DNA of 64,000 nt. It comes from an uncultured Lentimicrobiaceae bacterium. GTDB taxonomy: Bacteria > Bacteroidota > Bacteroidia > Bacteroidales > WCHB1-69. Under the pieces are notes generated by a model. That model was not told the DNA's origin and made no database searches. It worked only from the letters and a program-made list of their open reading frames with translations. Position 1 is the first letter of the stretch. Each line of letters begins with the position of its first letter. The translations under genes were made by a program, and so were the position numbers. The stretch lies in assembly GCA_964610025.1 (NCBI GenBank), contig CAZSTX010000001.1, forward strand, positions 117,209 to 181,208. Direction: 5' to 3'. This document shows, piece by piece, positions 17,152-25,704 of the stretch.

Positions 17152-17317
17152 TTTTGCAAAATCTATTATGGTAGGCGATACTTATAACGATATTATTTTT
17201 GGTAAAAACCTTGGAATGAAAACAGTTTTAATAGCTGAAAATAAAAATGATATAGAAGCAGATGTGCAATTTAAATCTTTGTATTCCTTTGCATTAAAAC
17301 TTAAGAAAGTCGAATAA
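17131..17317 (+). pseudogene. duplicated 3' fragment of gmhB (last ~62 codons)
   Basis: Encodes KDFPTIDFAKSIMVGDTYNDI...KLKKVE, identical to the GmhB C-terminus. It lacks the catalytic DxD N-terminus. The ORF-track entry 17120-17317 uses a fortuitous TTG. Confidence 0.85.
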
Positions 17318-17389
17318 TTATTTGACTTTTTCTCCTTTATATAAATCGAACTGTTGAATGTTTTCTATTTGTTTTTGATAACTTAAATA
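17131..17389. repeat. direct repeat R, copy 2
   Basis: Identical by eye to 14539-14797. Confidence 0.9.
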
Positions 17390-18310
17390 AGCTATTTCAG
17401 GAATGCTTATCTCATAAGTTTTTGCACTTTTATTGTACAATGAGTTGCTGCGTAACCATGGGTTAAAGTCTTTGAGTGTTTTGTAGTCAATCCCTTGTAA
17501 AATAGCAAAATCAACAAGATTACTAATGCTTGTATCCACTTTTACTTTATGGCAAGGAATAGGCTGGTATAAGTCTTTGTATCTAAGTTTTATTCCATAT
17601 TTTTCAGGATTTTCGAAAAGTAGTTTAACGGCTAATATACGGTAAACATAGCGAGCAGTTTCCATAGTAAGCATTAAATTCCAATAAGAAGATGTTTTTT
17701 GTGATGCAACACTACGTTTAAAGCCACCATCGCCCATATTATAAGCTGCTGCTGCTGATATCCATGACCCATGTAAAGCGTAAGATTTTTTTAAATATTC
17801 GCAAGCTGCTTTGGTCGATTTTTCTAAATGATAACGCTCATCAACATCGTTATTGATTTCTAAACCAAAACTTTCGCCTGTAGCTTTTAAAAACTGCCAA
17901 AAACCTACTGCATTTGATGGCGATACTACATTGGCAAGCCCACTTTCTATTACAGCAAGGTACTTAAAATCGTTGGGAATATTGTTTTCTTTTAATATAG
18001 GTTCAATGATGGGAAAATAACGATTAGCGCGTTTAAAGTAAAGTAAAAGATTTGATTGCCAATAAACATTCACTAATATTTCTCTGTCTAATGCTTCTCT
18101 AACATCGTATTTATCTAATGGAATAAATTCGTTAGCTAAAAAAAGAGTATCGGGTAGAGGAGGAGAGTGCAAGATATACGACATAGTAAATGTTTGTTGA
18201 TAATCTTTGTCGTCTATTTTTTTTTCAACAGTTTGAGCTATCAATAATAATCCAATAATAACAGTAAAAAAAAGACTAATAATTACTATATAAATAGATT
18301 TTGTTTTCAT
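17318..18310 (-). CDS. lytic transglycosylase domain protein (MltD-like)
   Basis: 330 aa. N-terminal membrane anchor and the SLT motif AVIESGLANVVSPSNAVGFWQF ... AAYNMG. Confidence 0.8.
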   Translation of the reverse strand: MKTKSIYIVIISLFFTVIIGLLLIAQTVEKKIDDKDYQQTFTMSYILHSPPLPDTLFLANEFIPLDKYDVREALDREILVNVYWQSNLLLYFKRANRYFPIIEPILKENNIPNDFKYLAVIESGLANVVSPSNAVGFWQFLKATGESFGLEINNDVDERYHLEKSTKAACEYLKKSYALHGSWISAAAAYNMGDGGFKRSVASQKTSSYWNLMLTMETARYVYRILAVKLLFENPEKYGIKLRYKDLYQPIPCHKVKVDTSISNLVDFAILQGIDYKTLKDFNPWLRSNSLYNKSAKTYEISIPEIAYLSYQKQIENIQQFDLYKGEKVK

Positions 18311-19983
18311 GCCATTAATTTTTTATAACGTATGCGTTGTGGTGTAGTATTACCTAAACGTTTTTTTCTATTTTCTTCGTATTCAGTAAAAGAACCTTCA
18401 AAAAAATACACTTCAGAATTGCCTTCAAAAGCTATAATATGTGTACAAACACGGTCAAGGAACCAGCGATCATGAGAAATAATAACAGCACAACCTGCAA
18501 AATTATCCAATGCTTCTTCTAAAGCACGCAAAGTGTTAATATCAATATCATTCGTAGGTTCATCAAGTAGAAGTACGTTGGCTTCTGATTTTAAAGCCAT
18601 AGCTAAATGTAAACGGTTGCGTTCGCCTCCTGATAAAATACCTGTTTTTTTACCTTGGTCATTACCACTAAAGTTAAAACGGGCAATATAAGCTCTCGAA
18701 TTTATTAGTTGTCCTCCTAATTGTATTTGTTCGTTGCCGCCTGAAATAACTTCCCATACGCTTTTTTCAGGGTCAATGTCAGTGTGTTGTTGGTCGATAT
18801 AGGCTAATACTACTGTTTCTCCTATTTTAAATTCCCCTTTGTCTGGTTTATCTATGTTCATAATGAGGCGAAAAAGCGTTGTTTTTCCTACACCATTTGC
18901 CCCAATAATGCCTACAATAGCATTGGGTGGAAGGGAAAAATTAAGGTTTTCATACAATAGTTTATTGTCGTAGGCTTTGTTCACATTAACTGCATCAATG
19001 ACTTGTGTTCCTAAACGTGGTCCATTAGGAATAAATATTTCTAAGCGTTCTTCTTTTTCTTTTGTGTCTTCGTTTAATAATTTATCGTAAGCATTTAAAC
19101 GGGCTTTTGATTTGGCATGACGTGCTTTAGGCGACATACGTACCCATTCTAACTCACGCTCTAAGGTTTTTTGACGCTTTGATTCTTGTTTTTGTTCCAT
19201 TTTTAAACGATTGGCTTTTTGCTCTAACCAGGAAGAGTAATTTCCTTCCCAAGGAATTCCTTCTCCACGGTCTAACTCCAATATCCAACCAGCTACATTG
19301 TCAAGAAAATAACGGTCGTGAGTAACTGCTATTACTGTTCCTTTGTATTGCTGTAAGTGCATTTCTAACCATTGCACCGACTCTGCATCTAAGTGGTTAG
19401 TTGGCTCGTCTAACAATAAAATATCAGGTTCTTTTAGTAAAAGTCGGCACAAAGCTACTCTGCGCCGTTCTCCACCCGAAAGCACGGCTATAGATGTATC
19501 CGATTCAGGGCAATTGAGTGCATCCATGGCACGTTCGAGTTTGGCATCTAACTCCCAACCATCGTATTGTTCTATTAGTTCAGTGAGTTCTCCTTGACGT
19601 TCTATGCACTTATTCATTTCATCATCGCTCATAGGCTCCATGAATTTGTTGTTTACTTCTTCGTATTCTTTTAGGATAGCTGCTATTTCGGCAACACCCT
19701 CCATCACTACTTCTTTAACAGTTTTACTATTATCTAAAATAGGCTCTTGTGGCAAATAACCAACCGAATAACCCTGAGAAAAAACAACTTTTCCATTGAA
19801 TGCCTTGTCTTCGCCAGCTATAATTTTTAATAAAGAAGATTTGCCTGAACCATTTAATCCTAAAACACCGATTTTAGCTCCATAATAAAAAGATAAATAG
19901 ATGTTTTTTAATACTTGTTTTCCAGGATTAAATGTCTTACTAACATTTACCATGGAAAAAATAATTTTCTTATCTTCACTCAT
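18307..19983 (-). CDS. ettA: energy-dependent translational throttle protein, ABC-F ATPase
   Basis: 558 aa. Two ABC cassettes (GLNGSGKSS and GANGVGKTT, two LSGGE signatures) with the EttA-type linker. Confidence 0.9.
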   Translation of the reverse strand: MSEDKKIIFSMVNVSKTFNPGKQVLKNIYLSFYYGAKIGVLGLNGSGKSSLLKIIAGEDKAFNGKVVFSQGYSVGYLPQEPILDNSKTVKEVVMEGVAEIAAILKEYEEVNNKFMEPMSDDEMNKCIERQGELTELIEQYDGWELDAKLERAMDALNCPESDTSIAVLSGGERRRVALCRLLLKEPDILLLDEPTNHLDAESVQWLEMHLQQYKGTVIAVTHDRYFLDNVAGWILELDRGEGIPWEGNYSSWLEQKANRLKMEQKQESKRQKTLERELEWVRMSPKARHAKSKARLNAYDKLLNEDTKEKEERLEIFIPNGPRLGTQVIDAVNVNKAYDNKLLYENLNFSLPPNAIVGIIGANGVGKTTLFRLIMNIDKPDKGEFKIGETVVLAYIDQQHTDIDPEKSVWEVISGGNEQIQLGGQLINSRAYIARFNFSGNDQGKKTGILSGGERNRLHLAMALKSEANVLLLDEPTNDIDINTLRALEEALDNFAGCAVIISHDRWFLDRVCTHIIAFEGNSEVYFFEGSFTEYEENRKKRLGNTTPQRIRYKKLMA

Positions 19984-20071
19984 TTTGTAGATATAATTTT
20001 AATGTGATGTACTTGTCAATAATTTAAAAGATATTTATGCAAAAATACGATTTTTTTTTGAATAATTGAAA

Positions 20072-21379
20072 TTAAATAATAGAATTATGAGTTATTATTT
20101 TTCCTTTTAAGGTGTCAGAATTTATAAAGTCAAGCAATTTAACTGTTTGTATAGAATTGATAAGATTTTCTTCACTTTTTATAGCTACTTTTATATAATT
20201 ATCAGTAAATCCAATTATTTGATTATTTGATGTTTTCGATTCAAATAAAACGCTGTGAGTGCTGTCGATGTTTTCTAAATAAAATTGGTGTTTCTTTTCT
20301 TGCGATAATGCGATAAGTTTTTGAGTGCGTTCGTTTTTTATAGCATTAGGTAATTGCTCTGCTAAATGATAAGCTAAACTTTTTGGACGTTTTGAATAAG
20401 GAAAAACATGCAAATAGCTGATGGGTAAATTTTTAATAAAATGATAAGTTTCCATAAAATCTTCTTCACTTTCGCTTGGGAAACCTGCAATAACATCAAT
20501 AGCAATACAAGCATTGGGCATTAATTTCTTGATAGTCATTATTTTTTTTAGAAAAAAATCTGTATTGTAGCGTCGTTTCATTTTTTTTAAAATTGTGTTG
20601 CTACCCGATTGTAAGGGAATGTGAAAATGAGGAAGTATTTTTTTGCTTTCTGCTGTTAGCTTAATTATGTCATCGGTTAACAGATTAGGTTCAATAGAAG
20701 AAATACGAAGACGTTCTAAATCAGTTATTTTTATTATTTGTTGCAAAAGATCATAAAAATTTTCGCCTTCTTGACTTCTGAAATCACCTATATTGACTCC
20801 TGTTAGCACAATTTCTTTTATATTATGGGCTAAAATGTTTTTTACATTTTCTATTACATTCTCAATCGTATCGCTACGACTATTACCACGAGCATAAGGG
20901 ATAGTACAATAACTACAAAAATAATCACAACCGTCTTGTATTTTCAAAAACGAACGTGTGCGTTCATGTAGCGAATAAGCTGAAAAAAAAGATTTTTTAT
21001 TTTCTATAGACGATAAAGGTAAGTCGTTGTGTGGAGTATGAAATAACTCTTCTATTTTATCTATTATTTGATTTTTATTATTGCTTCCTAAAACGATATT
21101 TGCTTCTTTATTATTGATTAAAGACGTTGAACTAAGCGAAGAAAAACAGCCAATAAAGGCTATTTTCGATTGTGGATGATGCTTTTTGATAGAACGAGCA
21201 TAGTAAAGGCATTTTTTTTCGGCTTCAGCAGTAACAGCACAAGTATTAATAATATAGATATCAGCTACTTGGTCAAAAGGGACCATATTATAACCTTTTG
21301 CCAAAAGTTTTCTTTCAATACTGGCACTTTCACTAAAATTTAATTTACAGCCTAAAGTTTTGATAGCAAAGCTATTCAC
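20072..21379 (-). CDS. mtaB: tRNA (t6A37) methylthiotransferase, radical SAM
   Basis: 435 aa. MTTase N-terminal domain (KTLGCKLN), CDYFCSYC radical-SAM cluster, and a TRAM-like C-terminus. Confidence 0.85.
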   Translation of the reverse strand: MNSFAIKTLGCKLNFSESASIERKLLAKGYNMVPFDQVADIYIINTCAVTAEAEKKCLYYARSIKKHHPQSKIAFIGCFSSLSSTSLINNKEANIVLGSNNKNQIIDKIEELFHTPHNDLPLSSIENKKSFFSAYSLHERTRSFLKIQDGCDYFCSYCTIPYARGNSRSDTIENVIENVKNILAHNIKEIVLTGVNIGDFRSQEGENFYDLLQQIIKITDLERLRISSIEPNLLTDDIIKLTAESKKILPHFHIPLQSGSNTILKKMKRRYNTDFFLKKIMTIKKLMPNACIAIDVIAGFPSESEEDFMETYHFIKNLPISYLHVFPYSKRPKSLAYHLAEQLPNAIKNERTQKLIALSQEKKHQFYLENIDSTHSVLFESKTSNNQIIGFTDNYIKVAIKSEENLINSIQTVKLLDFINSDTLKGKIITHNSII

Positions 21380-21478
21380 AATGTATGGATATTATTTTTT
21401 TATTGCTGCAAAAGTAATAAAAATAGTTGTTCATTCTTTCTTTCTAATATTGTAATTTATTTGGTGTTAGTCGATAAT

Positions 21479-21895
21479 TTACTTTTTACTTAATTTAAAA
21501 TCGATGATTTTTGTAACTTTACCTGCATACCATTTTCCCGATGCACCAATAAAATCTTCTTTTTCTATGCTAAATTCTTTTATACTCTCCTTAAAGTAGC
21601 CTCCATTAGATTCACCATCAATATCTTCTGCTTTGATGCTGTAATCTGTTATTGCAGGATTGATAAAATAAGTTTTTTCATACTCGCCTTTATTATTGGT
21701 AAATAAGGTGTCGTAAATTTCGTTTTCTCCGTGTATGATAATTTGAACTTTATTAATAGCTTGGAGATTGCTGTCTGTTACCTTTCCTTCTATATGCAAC
21801 TCGGCGTAAGGTTTCTCTTTTTCAATAATAGGGAGTTCGTCATTACAAGCAATGAAAATAAGTCCACAAAAAGCACATAAAATAATATTTTTCAT
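21479..21895 (-). CDS. hypothetical lipoprotein (carboxypeptidase-regulatory-like fold possible)
   Basis: 138 aa with lipobox FIAC. LHIEGKVTDSNLQAINKVQIIIHGE resembles CarbopepD_reg-like beta-sandwich segments. Confidence 0.35.
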   Translation of the reverse strand: MKNIILCAFCGLIFIACNDELPIIEKEKPYAELHIEGKVTDSNLQAINKVQIIIHGENEIYDTLFTNNKGEYEKTYFINPAITDYSIKAEDIDGESNGGYFKESIKEFSIEKEDFIGASGKWYAGKVTKIIDFKLSKK

Positions 21896-22136
21896 TTTTT
21901 TTTGTGCAAAATTACATTATTTAACTTCTCTTTAATAATAAAAATTGCATTAATTTGATAAAAAGAATAGAATGTTAAAATCTTTAACATTAAACGAGTT
22001 GGTTGTTTTTGTATTTTAGTATAATAGAAAAAGAACTAAATATTTATTATTTTTTGTGCAATGATATTTTTATTTAATAATAAATATCACAGACTAACGT
22101 TTGGTATATAGTTAATTTAAAAAAAAGCGATTGATA

Positions 22137-22553
22137 ATGAATAGAATACTTTTAATGTGTTTTTTCTTAAAAGCAATTATAGGATTTGCTCAATATAAAG
22201 CAGACGATATAATTGGTTATTACTATATGTTAGATCCTTTTACAAAAGAAAAAACGCAATCATATATTTATAAAACTGAAAATAATACCTATGAAGCAAT
22301 AGTTTGTTGGGTTGATAATATAAAAGAAAAACATGCTTTAAATTATGTGTTTTTACGAGATTTACGTTTCGATTCTAAAAATAATGAATGGGTAGATGGA
22401 AGAATATCCCACCCTAAAATTTCAGGTATCTATCGTACATATATGAAATTTGTAAAAAATAATGAATTAAAAGTGAGAGCTTATTTAGGATTATCATTAT
22501 TTGGAAAAACAATTTATTGGCAAAAAGAAGAGAAACAACGCATTCAAAAATAG
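22137..22553 (+). CDS. DUF2147 domain protein
   Basis: ATG at 22137 preferred over the TTG at 22131. Signal peptide, and the C-terminal KVRAYLGLSLFGKTIYWQK is typical of DUF2147. Confidence 0.55.
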   Translation: MNRILLMCFFLKAIIGFAQYKADDIIGYYYMLDPFTKEKTQSYIYKTENNTYEAIVCWVDNIKEKHALNYVFLRDLRFDSKNNEWVDGRISHPKISGIYRTYMKFVKNNELKVRAYLGLSLFGKTIYWQKEEKQRIQK

Positions 22554-22659
22554 TATTTTTTATTTTACAATTTATGTTACTTATCTCTATTGTTTGGCAT
22601 AAAAATTGCAAGGTGTAATCAAAAAACCAAAATTGTTTATTTAGTTTTCTTACATTTAA

Positions 22660-23295
22660 ATGTCGACAATTAGAAATAATATTATTCAAAGAATTTTACC
22701 GCTTTTTGTAGAAAGAGGATTTAGAATAAGTATGGATGAAATAGCCCAATCTTTAAGTATTTCTAAACGTACCATTTATGAACATTTTGATAGCAAAGAA
22801 GATTTGATCGACCAATGTTTTAATTATGTGATAATTGAGGTTAATGAAGAAATAAAATTGTATATGTATGAAAATTGTAATGCTATCGAAGAACTTTTTC
22901 CAATACTTCACGAAAATGTGCGGAAAATTTACACTTCTCGTTTTCGTTTAATAAAAGAATTAGAAAGAATTTATCCTAATTTATATAACAAATATATTGT
23001 ACAGCATCAAGAAAATTATTTCAATCAAATCAAAAATATCATAGAGAGAGGGAAGCAACAAGGTTTTTTTCTTAAAAAAATTAATAGTAATATTATTCAT
23101 TTTTATTTTCCTAAAATTACAACACTTATTATGAGTCAAAGCGATGGTATTATTGAAAATTACACTATGAAAGAAATATTTAGCAGTATTATGGTTCCTT
23201 TTATGCGTGGAATGTTAACAGAAAAAGGAATCATCGTATTTAATCAACTTGTCGAACGTTTTATAGCATATAATGAACAGCAATATGAGTCGTAA
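22660..23295 (+). CDS. TetR/AcrR family transcriptional regulator
   Basis: 211 aa. N-terminal HTH (ISMDEIAQSLSISKRTIYEHFDSKEDLI). Directly precedes the efflux operon. Confidence 0.75.
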   Translation: MSTIRNNIIQRILPLFVERGFRISMDEIAQSLSISKRTIYEHFDSKEDLIDQCFNYVIIEVNEEIKLYMYENCNAIEELFPILHENVRKIYTSRFRLIKELERIYPNLYNKYIVQHQENYFNQIKNIIERGKQQGFFLKKINSNIIHFYFPKITTLIMSQSDGIIENYTMKEIFSSIMVPFMRGMLTEKGIIVFNQLVERFIAYNEQQYES

Positions 23296-24658
23296 TCAAA
23301 TAATAAAGCAAGCATTTAAAGCACATAAATTTTTTATTGTATTAGTAGCATTATTAATACCTTCTTTTTTTAGTTATTCACAAGATATAGCAATAGATAG
23401 TATTTCAATAACCCTAAATAAGGCTATCGAAATAGCTCTAAATGAAAGTCCTACTATTAGGATTGCCAATCGTGATATTCAAACTAAGAAGTATACAAAA
23501 GCGGAACAAATAACAGCATTAATTCCAAATGCTGCTTTGTCGGGGACTTATAATCGCACTTTAAAAAAACAAGTTATGACAATGGGCTTGATGGGAAGTC
23601 CTATGGAAATAGAAGTAGGAACTGATAATAATTATAGTGCAGGATTAAATTTTTCTATGCCTTTAATTAACTCTACATTATGGAATAACATTCAGTTATC
23701 TCAACTATCAATTGAAGCAGCTTTTGAATCTGCACGTGCTTCTCAATTATCATTGGTAGCCGAAGTGAAAAAAGCGTATTATAATATGTTGTTAGCAAAA
23801 GAAACTTATGGTGTATTGCTTAAAAATTATGACAATGTAGCTTTAACTTATGAAACAATTTTAAATAAATATGAGCTGGGAATGGCATCCGAATTTGAAA
23901 AATTGAGAGCGGAAGTACAGCTAAAAAATCAAAAACCTACTTTATTATCAGCTAAAAGCAATATGGAATTGACCACAATGCTATTGAAAGTAATGATAGG
24001 ATTAGAAGTCAGTGAAGCAGTTAAATTTACAGGTGAATTATCTGATTATGAAAATAGTATTAGTTTAGATAATTATCTTATTGCCGATTCAATAGATATA
24101 TTGAATAATTCACAATTAAAGCAAATAGAATTGACTGAAAAACAATTAGAAAAGACCAAAGATATCATTATAGCTTCTGCATGTCCTTCTTTAAATTTAA
24201 GTGGCAATTATCAGTATATGTCTATGAACAATGATTTTAAATTTGCTGATTATAAATGGCATCCATATTCTGTTGTAGGCTTAACTTTAAGCATACCTAT
24301 CATATCGTGGGCAGGAACAGCTTATAAGATTAAATCAAGTAATTTAGCAATTGAAAATATAAAAGACCAACGTTTGGCTTTAGAACGTAATATTAAAATT
24401 AGTCTTAACAATGCTACTATTAATATAGCCAATGCTATGGAGCAACTTACCTCTAATAAAGAAACAATGCTTCAAGCCGAAAGAACGTATAATATTAGCT
24501 TAAAACAATATGAAATAGGCATGGCTACATGGTTAGATTTACAATCGGCAGAGTTGGCATTAACAAGTGCTAAATTATCTTATAATCAATCTATATATAG
24601 CTATTTAGTCGCATATGCCGAATTGGATAAAATAATAGGTAAAGAATATATAAAATAA
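23273..24658 (+). CDS. TolC-family outer-membrane efflux protein
   Basis: 461 aa. Signal sequence and two OEP repeats. First gene of the tripartite pump operon. Confidence 0.8.
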   Translation: MNSNMSRNQIIKQAFKAHKFFIVLVALLIPSFFSYSQDIAIDSISITLNKAIEIALNESPTIRIANRDIQTKKYTKAEQITALIPNAALSGTYNRTLKKQVMTMGLMGSPMEIEVGTDNNYSAGLNFSMPLINSTLWNNIQLSQLSIEAAFESARASQLSLVAEVKKAYYNMLLAKETYGVLLKNYDNVALTYETILNKYELGMASEFEKLRAEVQLKNQKPTLLSAKSNMELTTMLLKVMIGLEVSEAVKFTGELSDYENSISLDNYLIADSIDILNNSQLKQIELTEKQLEKTKDIIIASACPSLNLSGNYQYMSMNNDFKFADYKWHPYSVVGLTLSIPIISWAGTAYKIKSSNLAIENIKDQRLALERNIKISLNNATINIANAMEQLTSNKETMLQAERTYNISLKQYEIGMATWLDLQSAELALTSAKLSYNQSIYSYLVAYAELDKIIGKEYIK

Positions 24659-24678
24659 AAAACATCTAAATATATTAT

Positions 24679-25695
24679 ATGAAAAGAAGAATCAGTTTAT
24701 TAACAGCAGCTGTCGTAATTATTGCGCTATTCAATGCGTGCAATTCAAATAAAAACGCTGACACCGATAAGAAAAATGAAAAAACAACTATTAAAGTACA
24801 GCAAGTTTTTCAAAAAGAAATAGATGAAGTATATGATTATACAGCTATTGTACAAGCTGAAGCAGTAAATAATATTGCTCCGACTATACCTGGAAGAATT
24901 GATAAAATTTATGTAGAAGTTGGAAATCATGTCAGTAAAGGGCAACTATTGATACAAATGGATGCCAATGCACTTACACAAGCTAAATCTAAATTAGATA
25001 ATTTAAAAACTACCTTTAAACGTATAGACGAGTTGTATAAAGTAGGTGGGGTAGCTAAGGCAGATTGGGAAGCACAGCAAACGGCTTTAGACGTTGCACA
25101 AACAGCTTACGAAAATTTAAAAGATAACACACAATTAATCAGTCCTATATCAGGAGTGGTAAGTTTACGTAACTATGATAGCGGTGATTTGTATGCAGGT
25201 AATCCCATTTTGCAGGTACAACAAATTAGACCTGTAAAATTACGTATTAATATTTCCGAAATGCAATACACTAAAATCAAAGAAGGAATGGAGGTGAAAG
25301 TTAAAATAGAAGTTTACCCAGAAGAAGAATTTAGTGGTAAAATAAGCCTTATCTATCCCATTATCGATTCTAGAACTCATACGTTTTCAGTAGAAATTAC
25401 CATTCCTAATGCAGACGAAAAAATACGACCTGGAATGTATGCAAAAGCAACGATTAATATGGGAAAAAACAAGCATGTCTTAATTCCAGATATATCGATA
25501 GTAAAACAACAAGGATCAGGCGACCGTTATGTATATGTGTATAAAGACGGAAAAGTGTCTTATAACAAAATAGTTATAGGAAAGAGAATTGATGATATGT
25601 ATGAAATAATTTCAGGAGTTGAAGATGGCGATTTTGTGGCTACTACTACTTTGTCGAAATTAAATAATGGAATGGAAGTAGAATTAGTAAAATAA
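24679..25695 (+). CDS. RND efflux periplasmic adaptor (membrane fusion protein)
   Basis: 338 aa. Lipobox LFNAC, with biotinyl-lipoyl-like and beta-barrel segments (ISPISGVV, IRPGMYA). Confidence 0.85.
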   Translation: MKRRISLLTAAVVIIALFNACNSNKNADTDKKNEKTTIKVQQVFQKEIDEVYDYTAIVQAEAVNNIAPTIPGRIDKIYVEVGNHVSKGQLLIQMDANALTQAKSKLDNLKTTFKRIDELYKVGGVAKADWEAQQTALDVAQTAYENLKDNTQLISPISGVVSLRNYDSGDLYAGNPILQVQQIRPVKLRINISEMQYTKIKEGMEVKVKIEVYPEEEFSGKISLIYPIIDSRTHTFSVEITIPNADEKIRPGMYAKATINMGKNKHVLIPDISIVKQQGSGDRYVYVYKDGKVSYNKIVIGKRIDDMYEIISGVEDGDFVATTTLSKLNNGMEVELVK

Positions 25696-25704
25696 ATATT
25701 GATT

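Noticed and set aside
17120-17317. 65-aa ORF in the track (MPARKDFPTIDF...) as an independent gene
   Set aside because: It is the duplicated C-terminal third of gmhB read from a fortuitous TTG. It lacks the catalytic DxD motif, so I treated it as a pseudogene fragment created by the repeat.
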